A program made the translations under genes and the position numbers. A DNA stretch of 64,000 nt, taken from IMG/VR virus record IMGVR_UViG_2861330777_000001; one strand, 5' to 3'. A model generated the notes under the pieces. That model worked only from the letters and a program-made list of their open reading frames with translations, ran no database searches and was not told the DNA's origin. Source of the stretch: an uncultured virus (IMG/VR IMGVR_UViG_2861330777_000001) (lineage: Duplodnaviria; Heunggongvirae; Uroviricota; Caudoviricetes). Positions 37,188 to 45,948 of this stretch are shown here, piece after piece. How positions within the stretch are numbered: position 1 is the first letter of the stretch; every line of letters begins with the position of its first letter.

Positions 37188-37405
37188 TATTCCGCCTCCT
37201 TAATGATTTTTACTTCGCCCGCTTTAACGATGCGCAAGTCGTAAATCTGCGCCCTGTGTGAACGCTTAGATTGAATAAAGCCTCTCCGCGCGCTATCAAA
37301 CGTATCATATCCGCTAATTGCGCCGTTTCTTCCTTTGCGGACATACTCTACGAAGCTACCGTCTTCCTTATTGAAATAAGCTAAAACGTATAAATCACCC
37401 ATCAT
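37187..37405 (-). CDS. Hypothetical protein
   Basis: ATGA overlap with thyX stop. Confidence 0.65.
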   Translation of the reverse strand: MMGDLYVLAYFNKEDGSFVEYVRKGRNGAISGYDTFDSARRGFIQSKRSHRAQIYDLRIVKAGEVKIIKEAE

Positions 37406-38154
37406 TTCGCCCCCATTTCGAAAAATTGTTTCGTCCAAGGCTCAACGCTGATTACCGCTGACTTCAATTCCTCCGCCAGATGAGCGATTTCACCCTGAGC
37501 TCCGTTACCCGGACGCCTTTTCGCGTAGAAGTCGAGCAGGGCGCGAAGGTTTGCGGTCATGACGAGATTCGTGGCGGCTGCGTTCGGTAGGACTGCTCGG
37601 GCATCTTCGGAATTTATACCGTTCGCTCTCAACGCATCATAATCAGCTTGGTCTGCCTTCATTGCTGCATGAAATACCGCTTCAGCACCGATTTTCCCTT
37701 TGATACTTTCCGGCACAACATAATCGAATCCGCAACTCCGATCACCCGACCCGAATCGCACATACCGCTGACTCTGCACGCTGAAAGAGAATCCGACCCG
37801 ATGACGTGTAAGTTGCGCTAACAATGCGCGAGAAACGCCTTCAATCGCAAAGGTGAACGAAATATGCTCCAAAGTAGACGTATGTTTAGAGGAGACTATT
37901 TGCCGGAACAATCGGTCGGCTTCCGTGCCTCCTGCGCCGTCGGACGCCTTGTTGCCGAAATACTTAGCGCCTTCTTTGGCGACGATTTCCGAAGGCTTGC
38001 CCGGCGAGTAGCACGTTCGAATTGCGGAAAGAGCGACTGCTTGACCGTTAGTGAACGGCATGGCGAAATCTTGCTCCGCCTTTAATTTTTCGATAAATTG
38101 TCCGGATAGTTTCGTATGCGCAAGTAACGATACGTTCATTTTAGTTTCCGCCAT
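37402..38154 (-). CDS. thyX: FAD-dependent thymidylate synthase
   Basis: HTSTLEH and RHRVGFSFSVQSQRYV signature. Confidence 0.95.
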   Translation of the reverse strand: MAETKMNVSLLAHTKLSGQFIEKLKAEQDFAMPFTNGQAVALSAIRTCYSPGKPSEIVAKEGAKYFGNKASDGAGGTEADRLFRQIVSSKHTSTLEHISFTFAIEGVSRALLAQLTRHRVGFSFSVQSQRYVRFGSGDRSCGFDYVVPESIKGKIGAEAVFHAAMKADQADYDALRANGINSEDARAVLPNAAATNLVMTANLRALLDFYAKRRPGNGAQGEIAHLAEELKSAVISVEPWTKQFFEMGAK

Positions 38155-38550
38155 TTACTCGACCTCCTTTAATTGACGATCAATCTCCGCCTGCAATAAC
38201 GGCTCTGGACGAACGAATGTCGGCGGCTTCATTATCTTATTAGTTTCTGGATCATACTTAACGGTACCATCCGGCCACACTTTCGACATGTTAGCGTTTT
38301 GAACGATATCGAACAACGGCTCCGGATTTACCCCGATTTCTACCAGCGTTCCAATTGCGAAATATATTAAATCAATCATAGCGTCCGCCTGGTCCACGAC
38401 CGTTGTTGCTTCGCTAAATTCGTCTAACTCTTCGAGCATGTATCCGTAACGCTCACCTTTTCTAACTTCGCCCATTACCGTTGGGCTTTTCGCCACTGGA
38501 TGCCCAAACTTTTCGTGAAATTCCGCTACTTGTTCGTATTGTTTTTTCAT
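38155..38550 (-). CDS. MazG-like/PRA-PH nucleotide pyrophosphohydrolase
   Basis: VAEFHEKFG, EELDE, ADAMIDLIY and NANMSK motifs. Confidence 0.85.
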   Translation of the reverse strand: MKKQYEQVAEFHEKFGHPVAKSPTVMGEVRKGERYGYMLEELDEFSEATTVVDQADAMIDLIYFAIGTLVEIGVNPEPLFDIVQNANMSKVWPDGTVKYDPETNKIMKPPTFVRPEPLLQAEIDRQLKEVE

Positions 38551-38843
38551 ATATTCGTCCTCCTTTTATGTTCGCTCAATATTCTATATCCTATCGTCTG
38601 TATTTCCGGATAGTAGTACGGTAAATCATACCCACTCGCCCCGTCGAAGCCCTCGAAACCCTTCGCGTATACTGCTTCGTCTGATTCCGCCGGATGCTTC
38701 GTTTGTAGCTCCGCCAGCTCCTTTGACCATTCGTCGAATTCGGAGTCAGAAACGATACTTTCGTTCATCTGGTAGTACAAAAATGAGTGGGAGAGAATTT
38801 GGCGACGGCGCCGCGCGATTAGTTCCGTGATGGCTTCGTTCAT
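38547..38843 (-). CDS. Stand-alone LigA domain Ia-like protein
   Basis: LYY...VSDSEFD...ELAELQTKHP resembles the N-terminus of NAD-dependent ligases. Confidence 0.75.
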   Translation of the reverse strand: MNEAITELIARRRRQILSHSFLYYQMNESIVSDSEFDEWSKELAELQTKHPAESDEAVYAKGFEGFDGASGYDLPYYYPEIQTIGYRILSEHKRRTNI

Positions 38844-39415
38844 TGAAATATGACCTGCGATACCCCGTTAATTTTGACGATAATCTGCTCGACCGCCTGC
38901 TCCATTTGGCGTTCGGCTTTCGCCTGTACGTCGCGATCCTGCGCAATATCCTTCCGCACCGCCTTTTCTGCCTTCGTATACAGCGCTTTTAACTCGTCGT
39001 CGGGCAACTCTTTGCGTAATAGCGACTTCTGCTCCGTGAGCGTCATTTCGTCATACGGAAGGTCCAGCGACACCACTTTCGGCTGAGGCATCCGGACGGT
39101 TATCGTGTTGCCCTCCACGCTGACGACGATGTCCTGCGTATCCACGCCGAGAACGAAGCTCCCATTAACTGTCATTTTGTAAACGCGATGCCCCCAGAAG
39201 TTTTCGTCCTGCTGCGAGATGGTTTTCGTAACCTTTCCGGTGGGCGCTACGATGCGAGCCTCCGATCTGAGAGCGCTGATGACGGTTGCTTCGTGCAGGA
39301 TGATTGGCGCCGGAGTTGGGGCAGGTGCTGCGGTTTCGCTTCCGCCGATGGCGTTTGATGCGTATAGTACGATGCCCGACGTTAGTATGACGATTGCTGC
39401 CGTTTTCTTAAACAT
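38840..39415 (-). CDS. DUF4230-like exported protein
   Basis: Signal peptide; LGVD...ITVRMPQPKV pattern. Confidence 0.7.
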   Translation of the reverse strand: MFKKTAAIVILTSGIVLYASNAIGGSETAAPAPTPAPIILHEATVISALRSEARIVAPTGKVTKTISQQDENFWGHRVYKMTVNGSFVLGVDTQDIVVSVEGNTITVRMPQPKVVSLDLPYDEMTLTEQKSLLRKELPDDELKALYTKAEKAVRKDIAQDRDVQAKAERQMEQAVEQIIVKINGVSQVIFQ

Positions 39416-39429
39416 CGCCTTTCGCCTCC

Positions 39430-40080
39430 TTACCATTCTAATTCGTCTGCATGTTGCGCAAGTTTACCGCGAAAGTTAATTGATAATCGCAATACATTCG
39501 CGTAAGGCTCGTCGCGGAAATGTTCGATGTATGGCGCGAATCCGGACTTCTTCGGGTCTTTGAGGTCGATCTGCTTATCGTGACCTATCATTATTACCGT
39601 TGTTGAATCGTGCACACGCGTCAGAAGTTTTTTAAGCTCGCCCTTTGTCATATTTTGCGATTCGTCAATTATCAGCGTTGACTCCTTGATATTCGTACCG
39701 CGGACGAACGTGTGCGATTTTGCCGTGATCCATGCGCCTTCGTTAATTATGTCCGGATTCTTTTCGGACTTAATCGCAAAGCGCGGATCCTCACGGATTT
39801 CTACCAGCGCGTCAAGCAACGGCTGAATGTACTTCGACTCCTTTTCTTCGACGGATCCTGGCGTATAACCCATCGCTCCCTCTTCGACCGGCGAAAACGT
39901 GTAGATTAACGGTTTGCCGATTAACTTGGCGCAAGCAACAGCCAGCGTCGTCTTGCCGGTACCTGATTTAGCGTTAACAATCGTAAGCTGATTATCGAAA
40001 ATACTATCGACATATGCGCGTTGCTCGTCCGTGAGTTTCGATTCAAATCCGAAAAGCATGTTATTCGTCGGTAAAGGCAT
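39430..40080 (-). CDS. phoH: PhoH-like ATPase
   Basis: SGTGKT, MGYTPG, FVRG, DESQN and GHDKQID motifs. Confidence 0.9.
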   Translation of the reverse strand: MPLPTNNMLFGFESKLTDEQRAYVDSIFDNQLTIVNAKSGTGKTTLAVACAKLIGKPLIYTFSPVEEGAMGYTPGSVEEKESKYIQPLLDALVEIREDPRFAIKSEKNPDIINEGAWITAKSHTFVRGTNIKESTLIIDESQNMTKGELKKLLTRVHDSTTVIMIGHDKQIDLKDPKKSGFAPYIEHFRDEPYANVLRLSINFRGKLAQHADELEW

Positions 40081-40215
40081 CCGTAATTCCTCCTTTTGGG
40101 CGCCGACCTATTCGGTAGAATGATGACGCCCTTACGTATTATGCCGCGCAAGAATCGGGTTTCGCGCAGCTGCTTACTATATATGTCGCGGGAGCAAGCC
40201 GTTCCGCGCAGATTC

Positions 40216-41247
40216 TTATAAATCGTCCATTCCGTTACTTGCACTTACCTTCGAATATGTGCGTGGCCTTTGCTCGAACTGATCCGTCTTCGTTCCGTTA
40301 AAATTATCTACGTAAGCGCGAATCCATGGCATTGGGTTCTCCGATAATCCTTCGTATAGGTCGCTAAGACCTAATAAGCGCAGCACCTTATTCGCACGGT
40401 ATCGAATGTAGTCCGCTAATTCCACAAGGTCAATTCCGTCAACGCCCGACAAAACTTCCTTACTCCACACGATCTCATTATCGACTGCCTCACGAAACGT
40501 ATCGTAAACGTACTGCGTGAACTCTGACGTATTTAATTCCGGATGTTGCCCGATGTGACCTCGGAACAATTCAGCTATGAAGCGTCCGTGCTGCATTTCG
40601 TCGCGATTAATGTACGAAATCATCGTAGACGTGCCGACCATTTTCGACTGTCTGGCGAGATTGTAAAAGAACGCAAACGCTGAGTAAAAGTACAGACCTT
40701 CGAGTATTGACGAATGTACGAGCACCTTTGCGATATTTTCGTGCGATGGGTTCACTACAAATTCGTTATAGATATCAGTTAGACTTTCGTTTCGTTTTCG
40801 CAAAATAGGGTCGACACGTCCTCGCTCAAACACCGCCTTCTGCTTCGCAAGGTCCATAATTGACGATAGGGTGTATGTGTAGCTGGTATTGTGTTCCGCC
40901 TCTTGTTGAGCGATATACGCAAGGATAGCTGCGGCAGCCGGATCAGTAGCGTATAGAGCCAGGATTAGCGCAAGCCTAGTTTGAGGTCCGTCCATACTCG
41001 CTAAAGCCCCCATCATCCTTTCGTAAGCATCCCGGGTTTTTTCCGCCAGTTCTGGATACTGCTTCCGGTCAGAAACCATGCTCACATCGTCCGCCTTCCA
41101 GAAACTTTCACGCAAGTTATTGTAAGACTCCGCCCAATGCGGAAACTGAATGTCGTTCCAAAGTAGAAATCCACTAGCCTCGCCACCAAACAGCGCTGTC
41201 GCCTTATTCGGATTCATCGGTTCCAATATTTTAATCTTCTGCAACAA
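40216..41247 (-). CDS. nrdF: Class I ribonucleotide reductase beta subunit
   Basis: EAEHNTSY, LEGLYFYSAF and RDEMQH motifs. Confidence 0.92.
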   Translation of the reverse strand: MLQKIKILEPMNPNKATALFGGEASGFLLWNDIQFPHWAESYNNLRESFWKADDVSMVSDRKQYPELAEKTRDAYERMMGALASMDGPQTRLALILALYATDPAAAAILAYIAQQEAEHNTSYTYTLSSIMDLAKQKAVFERGRVDPILRKRNESLTDIYNEFVVNPSHENIAKVLVHSSILEGLYFYSAFAFFYNLARQSKMVGTSTMISYINRDEMQHGRFIAELFRGHIGQHPELNTSEFTQYVYDTFREAVDNEIVWSKEVLSGVDGIDLVELADYIRYRANKVLRLLGLSDLYEGLSENPMPWIRAYVDNFNGTKTDQFEQRPRTYSKVSASNGMDDL

Positions 41248-41671
41248 TTCGCAAAACTCCCTTCGTCCATTCCGTTATCTTCAATTCCTGCGAGTCTCGC
41301 GGACTCTGCTCGATCTTTAACACGTCACCATCTGCTGAAAATAGTTCATGTACCTGGTCGGCCGCCCCGCAATAGTACGGAAACTGTGTATCGCCAGTCC
41401 CGAATACGAATACTTTTTTCGCTCGGGCTTCGGTACTATCGATAAAATCTCCGAAAATGTCGGGTATAGCTCCGTTATTCCACGTAAATGTCCCTAGAAT
41501 CACAACGTCATAACTCGTTAATTGTTGCGGAACGGCAGCGCCAATGCGCCACAATTCCGCCGAATGACCTTGATTCCTCAATTCTTCCGCAACTAATTCC
41601 GCCACTTCCTGTGTATTTCCGCTGAAACTTGCGTAAATGATTGCAACGTTTAGCTTGAGCACCACTCGCAC
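41231..41671 (-). CDS. Flavodoxin associated with the RNR (start uncertain)
   Basis: YASFSGNT, GTFTW and FGTGD motifs. Confidence 0.9.
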   Translation of the reverse strand: MRVVLKLNVAIIYASFSGNTQEVAELVAEELRNQGHSAELWRIGAAVPQQLTSYDVVILGTFTWNNGAIPDIFGDFIDSTEARAKKVFVFGTGDTQFPYYCGAADQVHELFSADGDVLKIEQSPRDSQELKITEWTKGVLRIVAED

Positions 41672-43932
41672 TCCTCCACACTGATCGCCGTTGAGCGAAC
41701 GTAGTAAGTTGTTTTAAAGCCGGACTCCCACGCGTCTAAGTGCAAAGCGAGCAGGTCTTTTGCAAGAATCGTCTTGTGTACGTATAAATTAAACGAAACT
41801 CCTTGGTCAATGTGTCGTTGACGTGCCGCGTTCTGCTTGATAGACCAGTGTTGATCGAGAACATAGCGATTCCTTTTATAGAATTCATAATTTTCCGGGG
41901 AGATGTCAGGTGCAGTGACCGGCGCACTGAAATCGCTATTTTCTTCGTTATATTCGATGTCATATAACGGATCGATTCCGTTTGTACTTCCGCCAATTAG
42001 AGCAGTCTTTGCGTTAGGTGCAACTGCCTGTAAGTAGCCGTTGCGGATTCCGAACTCAGCGATTTGGGATGCTAGTCCGAACCATCTTCCGTTGTAATCC
42101 GTTAAATATCCTCGACTCTCGAAATATTCTCCCGTCTGCCATTCTGAACCGACGAACACCGGATAAGCGCCTTTTTCTTTCGATAAGTCTGCGCTGGCTT
42201 GAATCGTTAGGAACGCAATATCTTCGTAGAGTTCGTCCGCTAACCTAACCGCTGCGTCAGATTCCCAGTAGATACCTTTTTGCGCGAGTAGATGGTGCCA
42301 ACCGAACGTGCCGAGTCCGACGGCCCGATATTTTTGATTCGTCATTTCCGCCTGCATTACCCCAATATCGTTTAAATCGATAACGTTGTCTAACATGCGG
42401 ACTTGAATCGGAATCAGTCGCTCGAGTACCTTGTCGCCGACCGCCCTTGGCAAATTGATTGACGAAAGGTTACAAACTACGAAGTCTCCTGGAATTTTCG
42501 TAATAATAATCTTTCCGCCTTCGACTTTTATTTCTTCGATCTTTGTTGCGGACATGTTCTGGTCGATTTCCGTACAGAGATTAGAACAGTAAATCATTCC
42601 GGCGTGCTTATTCGGATTCTTGCGGTTTACTTCGTCACGATAGAACATGTACGGAACGCCTTCCTCGAGCTGCACTGTCATAATACGTTTCATAATTTCG
42701 ATAGCAGGAATGCGAACCTTTGGAAGCTCATTAGACTGGACGCAAAGTTCGTAATGCTCGCGGAAAGAACCTTCGCCTTTCTTTTCGTCATAGAAGTCTT
42801 CGAGAGAGAAGCCCATTATCGTGCGGACTTCGTGTGGATCGAATAAATACCAGTCACCGCGCTTCTTGACTTGCTCCATGAATAAGTCCGGCAAACAGAC
42901 GCCTGTGAAGATGTCATGCGCACGCAGTCTTTCGTCGCCATTCGTTAATTTCGAATCTAGGAACGCGAGAATATCTTTATGCCAAGCGTCTTGATAGATG
43001 GCGATTGCCCCTTTTCGCTGACCAAGTTGATCTACGCCTACCGCCGTCTGGTTATAGATTTTCATCCACGGAATTGTTCCGCCGCTGGCGCCTTTATTTC
43101 CGCGAATATCGGAACCTTCAGCACGAACCTTTCCGATATATAATCCGACGCCTCCGCCTCCTTTTGAAACGTTAGCGATATCGGTATTCGTATCGAAGAT
43201 TCCTTGCAAACTGTCGTCAATCGTATCGATAAAGCAGCTCGAAAGTTGACCGTAAGATTTTCCGGCATTTGATAAAGTTGGAGTGGCGACCGTCATATAC
43301 AAATTGGACTGCGCCCAGTATGATTCCTTTACAAGGTCGAGGCGATTATCCTTCGGCTCCTTTGCCATTACGTGCATCGCGATAATAAGGAGTCGCTCCT
43401 GAGGCAACTCGTAAATAGCTTTGTTATGTTTCGCCAAGTATCGCGTGCTCAATAGCTTCAACCCGACGTAAGTAAACAACTTGTCACGTTCCGGCGCTAT
43501 GATTTCGCCTAGCTCGCGGATCTCGTCCTTAGTGTAGCTTTCGAGAATCAGCGAAGAGTAAACGCCTTTATTCGTCAATGTCGTCAGTAGCGAATAGAAA
43601 TCGCCATACTTTTTGCTCGCGTCGTACACGCGATTCTTCGCCGCCTGTTTGTACAATTGGCGCAGGTGAACGTATGCTGCAACGTAAGTCCAGTCCGGCC
43701 GCCCCATGTCGATATTTTCTAGAGCCGTCATAATTAGTAGATTCGTAATTTGCTCCGCCTTGTATTCGGCGCCTTGCGTGATCGTGCGGATTACTTTGTC
43801 CGTATATTGCTTCGTATTTAGATGCGGATAAGCGTGCGTCGCCGAATGGATAAACGCAACTAGGCGTGGCTCATCGAAAGGCAAGCGTCTCTTACCGTCA
43901 TTCTTCGTAATTACTGTCGTTATTTTCGTCAT
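41650..43932 (-). CDS. nrdE: Class I ribonucleotide reductase alpha subunit with ATP-cone-like N-terminus
   Basis: ATPTL, LSSCF, SNLCTEI, VCNLSS, TTYYVR and C-terminal CEWC. Confidence 0.95.
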   Translation of the reverse strand: MTKITTVITKNDGKRRLPFDEPRLVAFIHSATHAYPHLNTKQYTDKVIRTITQGAEYKAEQITNLLIMTALENIDMGRPDWTYVAAYVHLRQLYKQAAKNRVYDASKKYGDFYSLLTTLTNKGVYSSLILESYTKDEIRELGEIIAPERDKLFTYVGLKLLSTRYLAKHNKAIYELPQERLLIIAMHVMAKEPKDNRLDLVKESYWAQSNLYMTVATPTLSNAGKSYGQLSSCFIDTIDDSLQGIFDTNTDIANVSKGGGGVGLYIGKVRAEGSDIRGNKGASGGTIPWMKIYNQTAVGVDQLGQRKGAIAIYQDAWHKDILAFLDSKLTNGDERLRAHDIFTGVCLPDLFMEQVKKRGDWYLFDPHEVRTIMGFSLEDFYDEKKGEGSFREHYELCVQSNELPKVRIPAIEIMKRIMTVQLEEGVPYMFYRDEVNRKNPNKHAGMIYCSNLCTEIDQNMSATKIEEIKVEGGKIIITKIPGDFVVCNLSSINLPRAVGDKVLERLIPIQVRMLDNVIDLNDIGVMQAEMTNQKYRAVGLGTFGWHHLLAQKGIYWESDAAVRLADELYEDIAFLTIQASADLSKEKGAYPVFVGSEWQTGEYFESRGYLTDYNGRWFGLASQIAEFGIRNGYLQAVAPNAKTALIGGSTNGIDPLYDIEYNEENSDFSAPVTAPDISPENYEFYKRNRYVLDQHWSIKQNAARQRHIDQGVSFNLYVHKTILAKDLLALHLDAWESGFKTTYYVRSTAISVEECEWCSS

Positions 43933-44089
43933 GTAATCGCTCCTCTAACGTTATAATATCGTCCATTATTTCGATTCGTTCCCTCATTAGCATGTTAAGC
44001 TCAGTGGTTTTCTTCCGCTGGTCCAGCTCGTTTTCGGCAAGGTCGCGCTGGCGTGCGGTTAGTAGCTGGCGGAATGTGTGGGCGTTCAT
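43898..44089 (-). CDS. Small coiled-coil hypothetical protein
   Basis: ATGA coupling; RBS GGAGG. Confidence 0.6.
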   Translation of the reverse strand: MNAHTFRQLLTARQRDLAENELDQRKKTTELNMLMRERIEIMDDIITLEERLHDENNDSNYEE

Positions 44090-44367
44090 TCCGCCTCCCT
44101 CCTCCGCAGTTTTTGAAATTCGCTATTTTTCATACGGACCGTTATTTCGCCATTGTCCACACTCTCTACGGACCCGCGTGCAACTCCGCCAAAAACGATA
44201 GTATAGTTAGGCTTTTTCTCCATTTTCTCGAGCACATCCGCTGGAAAGTCCGCCCTAACCGTTAATACTCTGTCAAAATCGAAGGGCTTATTCGAAGAGT
44301 AAAATGTCATGTCCGCAGGCTTAACCGTAGTCAACCACTCGCCATTTACGAATATATTCGCACTCAT
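44086..44367 (-). CDS. Hypothetical protein
   Basis: ATGA coupling; RBS GGAGGAG. Confidence 0.7.
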   Translation of the reverse strand: MSANIFVNGEWLTTVKPADMTFYSSNKPFDFDRVLTVRADFPADVLEKMEKKPNYTIVFGGVARGSVESVDNGEITVRMKNSEFQKLRRREAE

Positions 44368-44873
44368 TTCGTAATCACTCCTCCGTTAATCAGATACGCC
44401 AGGCCAATAGCCGCCGCGTCACTTTCGTCATCCACCGCAAACTCTCCGATGTATCCCGTCCATTCGCGAACTGCCTGCGCCAACTCTTCCTTTTCCGCCT
44501 TGCCCTTGCCGAACACCGCTTTCTTAACGGCACTCTGCGAAATGGCTGGCGTGGTGAAGTTAAGGCCGAATTTGTTTAGCGCCCGATCGCACGCTCCCCA
44601 TGCGGAGTAGACCGGATGGCCCGTTTTAGATGTCTTGGCTACGAAATCCTCGCGAACAATTACATCGAATCCCTTGGAGTAGTGTTTCGCAATAAAGCTG
44701 ACGCACCAAGCTTCGATAATCTCGGCGCGAAGTCCGTGGTGTTGGCTGGCGTTGGTAGTTACGTGCGAAAGGTCGATGATGCGCGGTTTGGCGGGTTTCC
44801 CTTTCGGCGTAGCCACTTCGAGTAGGGCTATTCCGGGCCGACCCATCGACGTATCTATTGCGAGAACTCTCAT
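44364..44873 (-). CDS. RuvC-like Holliday junction resolvase
   Basis: MRVLAIDTS, VRED, VKKAVFGKGKAEK and DESDAAAI motifs; start moved to ATG 44873. Confidence 0.88.
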   Translation of the reverse strand: MRVLAIDTSMGRPGIALLEVATPKGKPAKPRIIDLSHVTTNASQHHGLRAEIIEAWCVSFIAKHYSKGFDVIVREDFVAKTSKTGHPVYSAWGACDRALNKFGLNFTTPAISQSAVKKAVFGKGKAEKEELAQAVREWTGYIGEFAVDDESDAAAIGLAYLINGGVITK

Positions 44874-44944
44874 TAATCTGACACCACGCAGAGCACAAAA
44901 CCCGCGAGTAAGATTACGGAAATAACAACGATTATCGCATCCAT
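44873..44944 (-). CDS. 23-aa hydrophobic micropeptide MDAIIVVISVILLAGFVLCVVSD
   Basis: TGATG and TAATG overlaps with both neighbours; RBS GGGGAGG. Confidence 0.7.
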   Translation of the reverse strand: MDAIIVVISVILLAGFVLCVVSD

Positions 44945-45948
44945 CAAACCGCCTCCCCTTCGCGAACATCTCGTATAATCTCGTACGCCTCCATATAGCC
45001 CCGTTTTTTCCAGTCCGGCAAACTCGAACGCATCGCTTGGCGGACCGTATCTTTTACTTGTGCATACTCTTCGTCGGTCAGCGATAGCGCACAGGATTCC
45101 TTGAAGTTATTAAAACGAAACTTTTCGAGTGCTAGTGGCGGTGGTGTTTCGGATTTGACCGCTGCTGTTATCGAGGCAAACTTCGTAAGGATTTCGTCCT
45201 TCATTTCGTCAGTTACCTCGATACCAAACACGCGAATGTCCGGCGCTTTCTGCCATTCCTCATCAGTCATAAACCACGCCTTGACCGAGCAATTTACATA
45301 GATTACGAGATATGCGTCAAGTTCGTAATTTAGCGCGTAACACGTCACCTGCTTTACGTGATCGTCCTTCGCTTCTTTCATACGCTGAAAGCCTGTTTCT
45401 GCATACGAAGTCTGTTTACTTTTAATCTCCAACCCTATGCGCTTCCTTTCGCCATCTTCGTTCACATATTCGAGAATTCCGTCACATGTGCCCAAGATAC
45501 TGAAACGATTTCCGTTGTGCTCGTAAAACTTCTGTCCGTGGACGAATTCTTCAAACGCTGGGTAGCCTTCCGCAGTACGCTCGAATTTAAACGGTGGGAG
45601 CTTCCCTGTAAACTTTTCGAAATGCCGTTCGGCTAACAGTAGTTCACGTTGTAGCCAGTCGCCGACGCTCGTTCCCCGCGAAGTATATCGTCGCTGCCAC
45701 GGCTTAACTTCGTCTTCATCCTTTTTCATTCGAAGTGCTTTGACATATAATTCACGGTCATCCTTTCCGGAAGATGACGGAGAGAAGTAGGGCGCTGACC
45801 AATCCATCTTCTTATACTTCCGCATCTCCTGCGCAAAAGCTTCGTGTAGCCAGATATCAAGCTTAGTATCGTAAGGCTGCGAATACGTATGCCACTCGTT
45901 TAGATAATCCGTAAATTCTTGCGCTACTTCGCATATGTTAATCGTCAA
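44944..45948 (-). CDS. PD-(D/E)XK (Cas4/RecB-like) exonuclease
   Basis: FSPSS, GTCDGIL, LEIKS and QVTCY motifs. Confidence 0.8.
   Translation of the reverse strand: MTINICEVAQEFTDYLNEWHTYSQPYDTKLDIWLHEAFAQEMRKYKKMDWSAPYFSPSSSGKDDRELYVKALRMKKDEDEVKPWQRRYTSRGTSVGDWLQRELLLAERHFEKFTGKLPPFKFERTAEGYPAFEEFVHGQKFYEHNGNRFSILGTCDGILEYVNEDGERKRIGLEIKSKQTSYAETGFQRMKEAKDDHVKQVTCYALNYELDAYLVIYVNCSVKAWFMTDEEWQKAPDIRVFGIEVTDEMKDEILTKFASITAAVKSETPPPLALEKFRFNNFKESCALSLTDEEYAQVKDTVRQAMRSSLPDWKKRGYMEAYEIIRDVREGEAV

Noticed and set aside
35744..40080. DNA hypermodification pathway (DUF1599, ThyX, MazG-like)
   Set aside because: No base-modifying transferase, kinase or queuosine-pathway genes recognised; consistent with ordinary nucleotide supply
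40216..41247. Possible metal-free class Ie RNR or intron/intein in the nrd genes
   Set aside because: Metal-ligand motifs look canonical and both subunits are normal length and uninterrupted
44944..45948. Cas4-like nuclease as evidence of CRISPR-Cas
   Set aside because: No repeat-spacer array or other cas genes seen; context is phage replication and recombination
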